Assembly: GCA_944387315.1 (NCBI GenBank)
Contig: CALXEL010000053.1
Coordinates: forward strand, 2,123-66,122
Length of the DNA stretch: 64,000 nt
From: an uncultured Clostridia bacterium
GTDB lineage: Bacteria > Bacillota > Clostridia > Oscillospirales > Ruminococcaceae
Direction of reading: 5' to 3'
Under the pieces are notes generated by a model, which was not told the DNA's origin, ran no database searches, and saw nothing but the letters and a program-made list of their open reading frames with translations. Both the position numbers and the translations under genes were made by a program. Shown one piece after another: positions 1 to 8,568 of this stretch; position 1 is the stretch's first letter, and the number at the start of each line of letters is the position of its first letter.

Positions 1-414
1 CAGAAGCTTTTGGAACATCGAACCCTTACTATAAAGAATTCCGAGGAAATCTTGCTGGTATTGGTGGATGGGAAACTCATAACCCAGGTGCTGATCAATC
101 TCCTGAACAACGCCATCCAACATACCCCTGACGGCTGTCACATCTGGGTTTCGGTCTATCCCCAGGGAGAACGGGTCTATTTTGAGGTCTCGGACAATGG
201 GGGCGGTATCCGCCCAGAAGTAGCCGACCATATTTTTGAGAGCTTTGTTACCTCATCCGGAGAAAGCGGGGATCACCACCGGGGAGTGGGACTAGGACTC
301 AGTATTTGTAAAAATATTATTCAGGCCCATGGCGGTGCCATTGAAGCCTTTAATAATCCAACAGGTGGCGCGACTTTCCGATTTTGGCTGCCTGGAGAGA
401 AAGCGGAGGAATGA
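1..414 (+). CDS. kdpD: Sensor histidine kinase, C-terminal HATPase fragment (KdpD-like); 5' end lies outside the window
   Basis: N-box LINLLNNAIQH, DNGGGI and GVGLGLSICK boxes. The tail (..AFNNPTGGATFRFWLP) resembles the E. coli KdpD C-terminus. A KdpE-like gene starts 4 nt downstream. Confidence 0.75.
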   Translation, partial: QKLLEHRTLTIKNSEEILLVLVDGKLITQVLINLLNNAIQHTPDGCHIWVSVYPQGERVYFEVSDNGGGIRPEVADHIFESFVTSSGESGDHHRGVGLGLSICKNIIQAHGGAIEAFNNPTGGATFRFWLPGEKAEE

Positions 415-417
415 AAA

Positions 418-1107
418 ATGAGTACAACCCCTACGATTTTAATTATTGAGGATGACAGAAATATTCTAAATTTTCTCTCCATCTCTCTGAAAACCAACGA
501 CTATCAATACATTACCGCCGACCGGGCAGTGGATGGTCTGGCTCTGTTCAATTCAGGCAAACCGGATTTGATTCTGCTGGACCTGGGCCTGCCGGATATT
601 GACGGCATCCGGGTCATTGAACAGATCCGCAAAACCTCGGATATCCCCATTATTGTAGTATCCGCCCGGGAGATGGAACGGGAAAAGGTGGAAGCTTTAG
701 ACAAGGGAGCTGACGACTATCTCACTAAGCCCTTCCTCATTGGGGAGCTGTTGGCCAGAATCCGGGTGGCACTTCGCAAGCGGGCTCCCAAAACACCCCA
801 AAACAATGTGTTTGCTTTGGATGGGCTCACTGTGGATTTTGAGCGGCACAAGGTGACAGTGGACGGCAAGGATGTCCATCTGACTCCCATTGAGTACAAG
901 CTGCTCACACTTCTCATTGACAACGCCGGCAAGGTGCTCACCCACAGCTTTATCAACAAAGCAATCCGGGGATACAACAACACCGAGGACTCCCAGTCCC
1001 TGCGGGTATTTATGGCCAATATCCGGCGGAAGATTGAAAAGGACACTTCCAAACCCCGCTATATTCTCACTGAAATTGGTGTGGGATACCGATTTGTAGA
1101 CGAATAA
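418..1107 (+). CDS. kdpE: OmpR-family response regulator, KdpE-like
   Basis: Receiver domain (ILIIEDD..DLILLDLGLPDIDG..KP) plus winged-helix Trans_reg_C (LTPIEYKLL..GVGYRF). Adjacent to the kdpD tail. Confidence 0.8.
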   Translation: MSTTPTILIIEDDRNILNFLSISLKTNDYQYITADRAVDGLALFNSGKPDLILLDLGLPDIDGIRVIEQIRKTSDIPIIVVSAREMEREKVEALDKGADDYLTKPFLIGELLARIRVALRKRAPKTPQNNVFALDGLTVDFERHKVTVDGKDVHLTPIEYKLLTLLIDNAGKVLTHSFINKAIRGYNNTEDSQSLRVFMANIRRKIEKDTSKPRYILTEIGVGYRFVDE

Positions 1108-1120
1108 ACCAAAATGAAAT

Positions 1121-1151
1121 GCGGACAGCAAAATTTGCTGTCCGCATTTTT
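1121..1151 (+). terminator. Intrinsic terminator after kdpE
   Basis: gcggacagc-aaaattt-gctgtccgc followed by a T-run. Confidence 0.8.
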
Positions 1152-1164
1152 GCAAATCGAAAAA

Positions 1165-1192
1165 ACGGGAACCAGCTGGTGCTGGTTCCCGT
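1165..1192 (-). terminator. Intrinsic terminator after the hfsD-like gene
   Basis: cgggaaccagc / gctggttcccg stem, followed by a U-run on the minus strand. Confidence 0.75.
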
Positions 1193-1202
1193 TTTGACAT
1201 CA

Positions 1203-2642
1203 CTAGATATGATAAACGCTGATAGCGTCGGTGATGGTCTTTTCTTTGGCCTCCTTGCCATACTTGTCCACCAGGGTTTTGTCCTTGGCGGCATGGGTCA
1301 GGCAGCCGGCGCCTCCAATACAGCCGCCAATACAGGCCATACCCTCAATAAAGTTTTCCGGCAGAGCGTTTTTGGACGCTTTGAGCAGGGCCACCTTACA
1401 AGCCTCGATGCCGTCGCAGGAAATCGCCTTAAGAGCAAATTCCTCGGGGCTTACATTGTGCTCCTTGAGAGCCTGAGCCACCGCGTCGGCCAAACCGCCG
1501 CTGCGGGCAAAAATCCGTCCGTAGTAGGAGGCGTTGTCCAACTCACTCTCCTCCAAGGTGGTCAGATCCAGGTCCTTGGCGCCAAAGAGAGCCTGCAATT
1601 CCTCAAAGGTCAGCACACAATCTACCAGAGGCTTGAGGGCGTCCTTTTGAATCTCCATCTTCTTGGCGGTACAGGGCCCAATAAAGACGACCTTGCTATC
1701 CGGGTCGGTATTTTTAATGAGTTTGGCAATTTCACCCATAGGGGAGAGGTTGTGGGAAACATGCTGCCGCAGCTGGGGGAAATACTTGTCAATATAGTCC
1801 ACAAAAGCGGGACAACAGCTGCTGGTGAGGAATCCTTTCTCCTTAAGTTCCTCTGCCTCCTTATAGGCCACCATATCAGCGCCCAAAGCTACTTCCACCA
1901 CATCGTGGAAGCCCAGTTCCTTAAGGCCGGTGATTACCTGACCCAGGGTAGCGTAGCTGAACTGGCTGGAAATAGAGGGAGCCACCGCGGCATATACATG
2001 GTATTTCTTATTACCGTCACTGCCCTGAATCAGTTTGATGGCGTCCAGGATAAAGGACTTGTCGGTGATGGCACCAAAGGGGCACTGATAGGCACAGGCA
2101 CCACAGCTGATACACTTGTCGTTGTTGATAACCGCCTTTCTATTTTCATCCATATCAATGGCCTTAATTTTACAGGCGATCTGACAGGGACGCTTGTGAG
2201 CCGAAATGGCACTGTAGGGGCAAACCGAGGCACAGCGGCCGCACTCGATACACTTGGAGTCGTCAATATGGGCCTTGTGATTGTCGAAGGTGATGGCGCC
2301 CCGGGGGCAGACGCTTTCACACCGGTGGGCGATACAGCCCCGGCAGGCATCGGACACCATATAGCTGCTTACAGGGCACTCGTCACAGGCGATGTCCAGC
2401 ACCTCAATGATGTTGGGGTTTTCAGGATGACCACCCATAGCCAGCTTAATCCGCTCCCCAACAATGGCCCGCTCCTTGTAAATACAGCAGCGCATGGTGG
2501 CTTCTTTTCCTGGTACAATTTCCAGGGGAATGTCATAATAACAGCTGTCCAGGGTGCCTTCAAACGCGTGTTTGGCAACCGAGCGCAATACTTTATATTT
2601 TAACAGCTGTACTTTGGTATCAAATAAATGGTCCTGCATCAT
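1203..2642 (-). CDS. hfsD: [FeFe]-hydrogenase-like protein (Fe-S N-terminus plus H-cluster domain), HfsD-like
   Basis: Several CxxCxxCxxxCP-type ferredoxin motifs. H-cluster motifs TSSCCP, GPCTAKK and EGMACIGGCIGG. Last gene of an hfsABCD-like order. Confidence 0.75.
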   Translation of the reverse strand: MMQDHLFDTKVQLLKYKVLRSVAKHAFEGTLDSCYYDIPLEIVPGKEATMRCCIYKERAIVGERIKLAMGGHPENPNIIEVLDIACDECPVSSYMVSDACRGCIAHRCESVCPRGAITFDNHKAHIDDSKCIECGRCASVCPYSAISAHKRPCQIACKIKAIDMDENRKAVINNDKCISCGACAYQCPFGAITDKSFILDAIKLIQGSDGNKKYHVYAAVAPSISSQFSYATLGQVITGLKELGFHDVVEVALGADMVAYKEAEELKEKGFLTSSCCPAFVDYIDKYFPQLRQHVSHNLSPMGEIAKLIKNTDPDSKVVFIGPCTAKKMEIQKDALKPLVDCVLTFEELQALFGAKDLDLTTLEESELDNASYYGRIFARSGGLADAVAQALKEHNVSPEEFALKAISCDGIEACKVALLKASKNALPENFIEGMACIGGCIGGAGCLTHAAKDKTLVDKYGKEAKEKTITDAISVYHI

Positions 2643-2711
2643 AACGATAACTTTCCTTTCCCTTTTTGGCCTGGCAATTCTATGAACACGCCGGTGTGGC
2701 GTTGTTTTCTT

Positions 2712-3881
2712 TTAAAAATAGGTGACCCGCACCTGTTTGCCCATCTGACGCAATGCCTGAGAGAGCTCTTCAATCAGCCGCATTTTAACCGCCATATTAA
2801 TAGGCAGGCTGGGATTTTGATGGGCCGGATTCATGGCCCGCCCCACAAAGAAATTGACATCGGTGGCAGTTTCAAAAAGCTGTTGGGCAATGAGAGAAGC
2901 CCCATCCTTCCGGTTGTTCCAATCGGCGGAAAGGTCCTCTCCGCTGAGATAGGACTGGGCGTATTCCAACACCCGGCTGATGGTGATAACCCCCTCAGTC
3001 ACCAGATCTACCCCTTCCAGGGTACCGGTGGGGGGGATTTTGGGGTCGTGATAATCCAGCGAGGTGATCACCGGCTTGTTCAGATACCGGCCCACCATAG
3101 TGGAGGTGGTGCCGCCACACACAATCCGTTTGCCCTCCTGGGAAAAATAGAGGTCCAACATCTTCTGGTCGTCCTCTTTGTGCTCAGGGGGACCGATCAT
3201 CAGGTTCACCGTCTGCCGCTTGCGAATCCGCACCGCCGCCACAGTGGTGTCATCTCCTGGTTGATGGTTATACAGTTCGTCACACTCTTCGGCGATAATG
3301 GTAGCAGCCATTTTCGCTGACATTTCAGGGAGATAGCGGGCTTCCAGGTAGTCGATAATGTTGTCCCGCTGCCATCCATAGTTAAAGGAGAGGCCTATTC
3401 CCGCAAAGAGAGCGCCGTCACTCATCACTACGAAGAGATCCCCCGGCTGTACTTTAATGGTGGAAATGGCAATTTTCTTGCCATCGATGATCTGTTGTGT
3501 GGAGGGGTAGTCCAGATGGACCCCATCCCGCAGCAGAATAATCATAGGATTGTCAAATTGGATCAGGGTGGCCTCCTGATTGTTGTTGACCTGAATAATA
3601 GAGAAGGTAGAATAGGCCACCTTCCTCTGGCTGCACACCGGCAAAGTGTTGGCAATAGTTTTCACACATTCCTCCACCGGCATGCCGTTTGCCATCATGG
3701 TAGCGATAATTTTGGAGGTGAGAGTGGACAGAATATTGGCTTTTACGCCGCTGCCCAACCCATCGGCCAACACCAAGGTGAGACTGTCCTCATATTCTAC
3801 CATCTCTACCCGGTCGCCGCAGAGCTGTTCCCCCACTTTATTGAGGCTTACATAGCCCACTTCGGTTGTTAAGCTGTTCAT
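2712..3881 (-). CDS. hfsC: PP2C/SpoIIE-family Ser/Thr phosphatase with an unassigned C-terminal domain, HfsC-like
   Basis: CGD..ADGLGSG..VMSDG PP2C signature in the N-terminal ~200 aa. The C-terminal ~185 aa has no motif I recognise. Lies between the two hydrogenase-like genes. Confidence 0.75.
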   Translation of the reverse strand: MNSLTTEVGYVSLNKVGEQLCGDRVEMVEYEDSLTLVLADGLGSGVKANILSTLTSKIIATMMANGMPVEECVKTIANTLPVCSQRKVAYSTFSIIQVNNNQEATLIQFDNPMIILLRDGVHLDYPSTQQIIDGKKIAISTIKVQPGDLFVVMSDGALFAGIGLSFNYGWQRDNIIDYLEARYLPEMSAKMAATIIAEECDELYNHQPGDDTTVAAVRIRKRQTVNLMIGPPEHKEDDQKMLDLYFSQEGKRIVCGGTTSTMVGRYLNKPVITSLDYHDPKIPPTGTLEGVDLVTEGVITISRVLEYAQSYLSGEDLSADWNNRKDGASLIAQQLFETATDVNFFVGRAMNPAHQNPSLPINMAVKMRLIEELSQALRQMGKQVRVTYF

Positions 3882-3897
3882 TCTGTCCTCCTTTCTC

Positions 3898-5586
3898 TCA
3901 TATCTCCTGTTTTTGCAGGGTATCTTTTAGTTTGGTCAAGGCGATCTTGGTTTCGGCTGTGGTCTCACCCAACAGGGAGGCGATCTCCTGAGCTACTCGC
4001 ATCTGTTTATCGATAACCCGGTCGGTAACCTCCACTGTTTTCAGCCGCAGCTGAGCCAGTTCCTCATTTTTCTTTTCCTGTTGGGTAATATCCCGCATAA
4101 TACTGATCACTACATGGTAATCTTTATCAAATACAATGGATTCCTCCACATATTTGTCATACTCAGGCAGATAGTGCTTGGAAAAGCTGCTGCCCTCTTC
4201 CTTGTCCATCACCTGGAGATACTCGATGGGCCCCAGGAAGTTGACAATGGGATTGCCAATGGCGCTCCGGGCATCCCGGATACCCAACAGCTGACAGGCC
4301 GCCCGGTTGAGCTGCTGAATTTCCAGCCGCTCATCCATCACAATGATGGCGTTGGGGGTGTTGTTAATAATGGTGTCGGAGAAGGACTCGGCCCGGGCCA
4401 GCAGGAAAGGCAAACACATGGTCAGATCCGCTTTCCCCTCGCAGACGGCGATGGCCTTCTCCCGACAGGTGGGATAGCCACAGCTGCCGCAGTTGAGCTC
4501 GTGCTCCGGCAGGGTCTTGCCCATTTTGGCCAGAACCTCCCGGATCTGCCACTCACCCGGCCGCTGGCGGTTCACACCCAGATAGGGCATGGTTTTTTCC
4601 AGAGCGGGGGGCTGCGCCACCACAAAGTCCTCTTTGGTGTGGCCGGCATAGGCCTCCACCTTCCCGTTACAGCGCATAGGCTGGCTGCGATATTTTTGGG
4701 TGACCGGTCCGCCGATACAGCTTCCCTTGCAGATACTCATCTCAATAAAGCAGTTTGTCAGGGTGCCTGACTCCACCTCTTTTAAGGCGGCGATACACTC
4801 CTCGGCCCCATCCACCGCAAAGTACCGGTAACCAGTACCGGTCTCCTGGTCCATGGAGCGCAGGATTCCACCCCGGGTTGGGAAAAACCGGGAACGCCGC
4901 TGGGAATCATCAGCTACCTGGATCTGATCCAGCTGGATGGATTCCTCCGCCAACCACTCCCGCAGACCGTCAAAGGTCAGCACGCAGTCCACCAGGCCGC
5001 CGCTCTTCTCTCCCTCATCCTTTTTGGAGACACAGGGGCCGATAAAGACCACCGCCGCGTCGGGCATCTGCTCCTTGATCAGCTTGGCGTGGGCCAGCAT
5101 AGGAGAGAGCACCGGAGCCAGAAAAGGCAGGGCCCGAGGGAAATATTTTTCAATGAGCAGGTTGACGCTGTGACAACAGGAAGAGATAATCACCGGCAGT
5201 TCCCTCCGGGCCACCATCTCCTCATACTGGGTTTTCACCAGATGGGCGCCGATGGCGGTCTCCTCCCCATGGTGGAAACCCAGCTGCCGCAAGGCCTGAT
5301 CCATCTGGGCAAAGCTGTCCACCTCAAAGTCGGCAATAAAGGAGGGGGCCATGCTGACCACCACTGGCCGGCCAGAAGCGATGAGCTCCTTGGCCCGGGC
5401 CAGGTCATTGCGAACCTGTTTGGCGTTCTGGGGACAGACCACAAAGCACATGCCGCAGAGGATACACTCATCGGGGATGATATGGGCCTGATGGCCGATA
5501 AACCGGATGGATTTCACTGGACAGGCCCGGATACATTTATAGCAGTTTTTACAGTTGGATTTTTTCAGCTGCAGAATGGGGCTCAT
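3898..5586 (-). CDS. hfsB: PAS-domain sensory-type [FeFe]-hydrogenase (HydS/HfsB-like, group C-like)
   Basis: Two CxxCxxCxxxCP motifs. H-cluster motifs SSCCHS, GPCVSKK and EMSICKGSCIGG. Extra Cys module CGSCGYPTC..C..C, then a PAS-like region and a C-terminal coiled coil. Confidence 0.75.
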   Translation of the reverse strand: MSPILQLKKSNCKNCYKCIRACPVKSIRFIGHQAHIIPDECILCGMCFVVCPQNAKQVRNDLARAKELIASGRPVVVSMAPSFIADFEVDSFAQMDQALRQLGFHHGEETAIGAHLVKTQYEEMVARRELPVIISSCCHSVNLLIEKYFPRALPFLAPVLSPMLAHAKLIKEQMPDAAVVFIGPCVSKKDEGEKSGGLVDCVLTFDGLREWLAEESIQLDQIQVADDSQRRSRFFPTRGGILRSMDQETGTGYRYFAVDGAEECIAALKEVESGTLTNCFIEMSICKGSCIGGPVTQKYRSQPMRCNGKVEAYAGHTKEDFVVAQPPALEKTMPYLGVNRQRPGEWQIREVLAKMGKTLPEHELNCGSCGYPTCREKAIAVCEGKADLTMCLPFLLARAESFSDTIINNTPNAIIVMDERLEIQQLNRAACQLLGIRDARSAIGNPIVNFLGPIEYLQVMDKEEGSSFSKHYLPEYDKYVEESIVFDKDYHVVISIMRDITQQEKKNEELAQLRLKTVEVTDRVIDKQMRVAQEIASLLGETTAETKIALTKLKDTLQKQEI

Positions 5587-5831
5587 GCTTCTACCTCTTG
5601 CAGAACATAACGCTTAAAGATTTCGTCAAAGTTCTCGGTGGAGACACCGGTAATGATCTGGTCATCCACCTTGATGGAAACCCCATCGGTACAGCAGCCC
5701 AGACAGAAAGTAGCTTTCAGGGTCACCTTGTCCTCCAGATTACATTCAGCAATTTTCTCTTTCATCAGCTGAATAATGTCATAGGAGCCTTTCAGGTGGC
5801 AGGAACTTCCGATACATACATAGATTTCCAT
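5583..5831 (-). CDS. hfsA: Thioredoxin-like [2Fe-2S] ferredoxin (NuoE/HfsA-like small protein)
   Basis: 82 aa with CxxxxC ... CxxCC Cys pattern. Overlaps the hfsB-like start by 4 nt (ATGA). Good RBS (gaaggag). Confidence 0.65.
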   Translation of the reverse strand: MEIYVCIGSSCHLKGSYDIIQLMKEKIAECNLEDKVTLKATFCLGCCTDGVSIKVDDQIITGVSTENFDEIFKRYVLQEVEA

Positions 5832-5877
5832 AGATTTCTCCTTCTTTCTCTGTAAGATGAAAAAAGTGACGCTACTC

Positions 5878-5895
5878 TCGTTATTTATTTAACAA
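5878..5895 (-). promoter_or_regulatory. Candidate Rex operator overlapping the predicted transcription start
   Basis: TTGTTAA-ATAA-ATAACGA compared with the clostridial Rex consensus TTGTTAA-N4-TTAACAA: 12 of 14 specified positions match. Confidence 0.35.
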
Positions 5896-5902
5896 TAACA
5901 GC

Positions 5903-5932
5903 ATTATAGCACACTGTTCTTCTTTCTGACAA
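5903..5932 (-). promoter_or_regulatory. Sigma-A-type promoter of the hfs-like operon
   Basis: Minus strand reads TTGTCA-N18-TGcTATAAT (extended -10), about 70 nt upstream of the hfsA-like ATG. Confidence 0.6.
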
Positions 5933-6052
5933 TTGATATTCCCTCTAATTATCGGGGAGAGGGCCCCAAACATTTTGTAGCATTTATGGGAAATTTGCCT
6001 CTTTTATCAGACAGTTTGCCTAAAACTGGTTCACTTCCCAAAAAAAGCAGAG

Positions 6053-6274
6053 CTACTCCTCCCCCAGATAGGTGAACCGCCGGCAGGTCTCCCCGTCCCG
6101 CTCCACCAGTTCATTCCACATACTGGCGGGACGCACCCAGATCCCCCGCTCTCCATAGAGAGCCTGGTAGACCACATACTCCTCCAAGGTCTCCGAGTGG
6201 CGGGCGGTGTAGAGCACCTGGTACTCCTTCCCTTTAAAATGCCGGTATCTTCCCGGCCGGATGGCCTCACTCAT
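6053..6274 (-). CDS. DUF1653 domain protein
   Basis: YRHFKGKEYQVL..ARHSETLEEYVVYQALYG..WVRP is typical of DUF1653. Start moved to the internal ATG that has an RBS. Confidence 0.7.
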   Translation of the reverse strand: MSEAIRPGRYRHFKGKEYQVLYTARHSETLEEYVVYQALYGERGIWVRPASMWNELVERDGETCRRFTYLGEE

Positions 6275-7043
6275 GGCTTTCCCCCCTGTTCCAATCCAAA
6301 GTAAGCTCAACGGGACAGTGGTCGCTGCCCAGTACCTGGGTGTGGATCTTGCTGTCGGTCAGCAGGGGCCGCAGCCGGTCAGACACCAGAAAGTAGTCGA
6401 TTCTCCACCCGGCGTTTTTGGCCCGGGCCTGGAACATGTAGGACCACCAGCTGTATCCCCCCTCCAAATCGGGGTAAAAGTACCGAAAGCTGTCGGTGAA
6501 GCCGGAGGAGAGCAGCTGGGTCATTTTGCCCCGCTCCTCATCGGTAAAGCCGGCGTTGCCCCGGTTGGTCTTGTAATTTTTCAGGTCGATCTCCTGGTGG
6601 GCCACGTTCAGGTCCCCGCAGACGATCACCGGTTTTTTCTCATCCAGCCGGTGGAGATAGGCCTGAAAGTCATCCTCCCACTCCATCCGGTAGCTCAGCC
6701 GCTCCAGCTCCCGCTGGGCGTTGGGGGTGTAAACATTGACCAGATAAAACTGGGGAAATTCCAGGGTGATCACCCGGCCCTCCTGGTCGTGGCGCTCAAT
6801 GCCGATGCCATAGGTCACCGCCAGGGGCGAAATCCGGGTAAAGACCGCCGTACCTGAGTATCCCTTTTTCACCGCGCTGTTCCAGTATTCCTCATATCCC
6901 TCCAAAGGCAGCTGGGCCTGGCCCTGCTGCATCTTAGTCTCCTGTACACAAAAAATGTCCGCGTCCACCTGGGTGAAAAAGTCCAAAAACCCCTTGCCCA
7001 GACAGGCCCGCAGGCCATTGACATTCCACGAAATCAGCTTCAT
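6267..7043 (-). CDS. xth: Exodeoxyribonuclease III
   Basis: MKLISWNVNGLRA.., QETK, GDLNVAH and SDHCPV motifs. Start trimmed from the ORF-track 7199 to the ATG with an RBS. Confidence 0.9.
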   Translation of the reverse strand: MKLISWNVNGLRACLGKGFLDFFTQVDADIFCVQETKMQQGQAQLPLEGYEEYWNSAVKKGYSGTAVFTRISPLAVTYGIGIERHDQEGRVITLEFPQFYLVNVYTPNAQRELERLSYRMEWEDDFQAYLHRLDEKKPVIVCGDLNVAHQEIDLKNYKTNRGNAGFTDEERGKMTQLLSSGFTDSFRYFYPDLEGGYSWWSYMFQARAKNAGWRIDYFLVSDRLRPLLTDSKIHTQVLGSDHCPVELTLDWNRGESHE

Positions 7044-7131
7044 AATCCATCCCCTTTCCAATACCTTGATTATAACATGAATGGCGAAAAATTTAAGCCG
7101 CTGAACCGCCAAAAATCTCAGGCAATCCTTG

Positions 7132-8406
7132 TCAAAACTCTCCTGCTTCCCCCTGGGAGGACTCCTCTCCCCGGTCGGGGGCGCCGTCCATCTGGGCAAA
7201 GAGGGCTGCCGACCGGCTGTCCGGCAGGCTGGTAACCTCCTTGAGCTTCCGCTGCATCTGCCGGGTACGTACCCCCACCAGCTTGTCCAGTTCGCTGCCC
7301 GCCTGTTCCAGCCGCTGCTGGGTCAGCTCCAAAGCCTGGGCAAACCGGCCAAACTCGGTCTTGACCGCCCCCAGTACCTCCCACACCTCGCTGCTGCGCT
7401 TCTGGATGGCAAAGGTGCGAAAGCCCATCTGCAAACTGTTGAGCAGCGCCGCCATGGTACTGGGTCCGGCCAGGTTCACCCGGTAGTCCCGCTGGAGCAC
7501 CTCCACCAGCCCCCGGTTGACCGCCTCGGCGTAAAGCCCCTCAAAGGGCAGAAACAAAATGGCAAACTCGGTGGTGTAGGGCGGGTCCAGATACTTGTCC
7601 CGGACATCCTTGGCAAACTGACGAATCCGGCTGGTCAGCTGGGCGGCTGCCGCCGCCACCGCCTCGGAGGAACCGCTGTCATAGGCGTCCAGCAAACTGT
7701 GGTAGGCGTCTGCCGGGAATTTGGCGTCGATAGGCAGGTAGACCGGCGTCCCCTCCTGGGTAGGCAGCTTCACCGCGTACTCCACATAGTTTTTGCTGCC
7801 CCGGCGGGTGATCACATTGGTCTCATACTGTTCTGGGGCCAGGATTTCTTCCAGTATGGCCCCCAGCTGCACCTCTCCCAGAATTCCCCGGCTCTTTACA
7901 TTGGAGAGGATCTTTTTCAGGTCTCCTACTCCCACCGCCAGGTTCTGCATCTCTCCCAGCCCCTTGTACACCTGTTCCAGCCGGTCGTTCACCAGCTGGA
8001 AGGACCGGGTCATCCGCTCCTCCAGGCTCTTTTGGAGCTTTTCCTCCACCAGCTGTTCCATCTGGCTGAGCTTCTGCTGGTTTTCCTCCTGGATCCGGGA
8101 GAGCCGACGCTCAATGGTCAGGCGGATCTGTTCCAGCTTCTGCTCATTTTCCATGGCGAAACCAGTGAGGCGTTTTTCCAGCTGGCCATAGTGGGTGAGC
8201 ATGGTGCTCTGCACCCCCTGGAGGGCTGTCTGGCTCAGCTCCTGCCGCAGCAGCCGCTGCTGCTCTTCCAGATCCCGGCGCAGCTGGCGGATCTCCTCCG
8301 CTTCCCGGCCCCGGGAACTTCTGCCCACCTGTATCCACAGGGCAATTACCATCAGGATCAGAATGACTGTCAGTCCTATGAGAATTTTCAGCAGTAAGGG
8401 TTCCAT
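7132..8406 (-). CDS. rmuC: DNA recombination protein RmuC
   Basis: N-terminal TM helix, long coiled coil, and a conserved C-terminal RmuC nuclease-like region (VEYAVKLP..PIDAKFP..). Start trimmed to MEPLLLK, which has a GGAGG RBS. Confidence 0.85.
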   Translation of the reverse strand: MEPLLLKILIGLTVILILMVIALWIQVGRSSRGREAEEIRQLRRDLEEQQRLLRQELSQTALQGVQSTMLTHYGQLEKRLTGFAMENEQKLEQIRLTIERRLSRIQEENQQKLSQMEQLVEEKLQKSLEERMTRSFQLVNDRLEQVYKGLGEMQNLAVGVGDLKKILSNVKSRGILGEVQLGAILEEILAPEQYETNVITRRGSKNYVEYAVKLPTQEGTPVYLPIDAKFPADAYHSLLDAYDSGSSEAVAAAAAQLTSRIRQFAKDVRDKYLDPPYTTEFAILFLPFEGLYAEAVNRGLVEVLQRDYRVNLAGPSTMAALLNSLQMGFRTFAIQKRSSEVWEVLGAVKTEFGRFAQALELTQQRLEQAGSELDKLVGVRTRQMQRKLKEVTSLPDSRSAALFAQMDGAPDRGEESSQGEAGEF

Positions 8407-8499
8407 CTGTTTTCCTCCATGAACATCTGTTTGTATCAGCCCCAGTATACCACACCCACCGCCAAATGACAAACCCATCCAGCTTCTAGAAAAAACATA

Positions 8500-8528
8500 T
8501 TGACAATCTTCTATCACCTGCCTATAAT
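8500..8528 (+). promoter_or_regulatory. Consensus sigma-A promoter for arsR-potABCD, bracketed by an inverted repeat
   Basis: TTGACA-N17-TATAAT. The 8-bp arms cttctatc (8508-8515) and gatagaag (8537-8544) flank the -10 box. Confidence 0.7.
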
Positions 8529-8568
8529 AGGGAAAAGATAGAAGTTTATCAATATTCTAATCCTGTTT

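Noticed and set aside
1119-2603. 494-aa plus-strand ORF
   Set aside because: It is antisense to the HfsD-like hydrogenase gene and has no recognisable domain or RBS. Shadow ORF.
6267-7199. N-terminal extensions in several ORF-track entries (xth to 7199, rmuC to 8517, rplV to 37035, rplD to 39145, rpsJ to 40212, pflB to 58983, adk to 29594)
   Set aside because: The extensions lack an RBS and have no counterpart in the conserved families. In each case an internal ATG or GTG with a well-spaced GGAGG-type RBS reproduces the canonical N-terminus.
7129-8397. 422-aa plus-strand ORF
   Set aside because: It is antisense to rmuC. The Leu/Gln/Pro-rich mirror of a coiled-coil gene has no independent signals.
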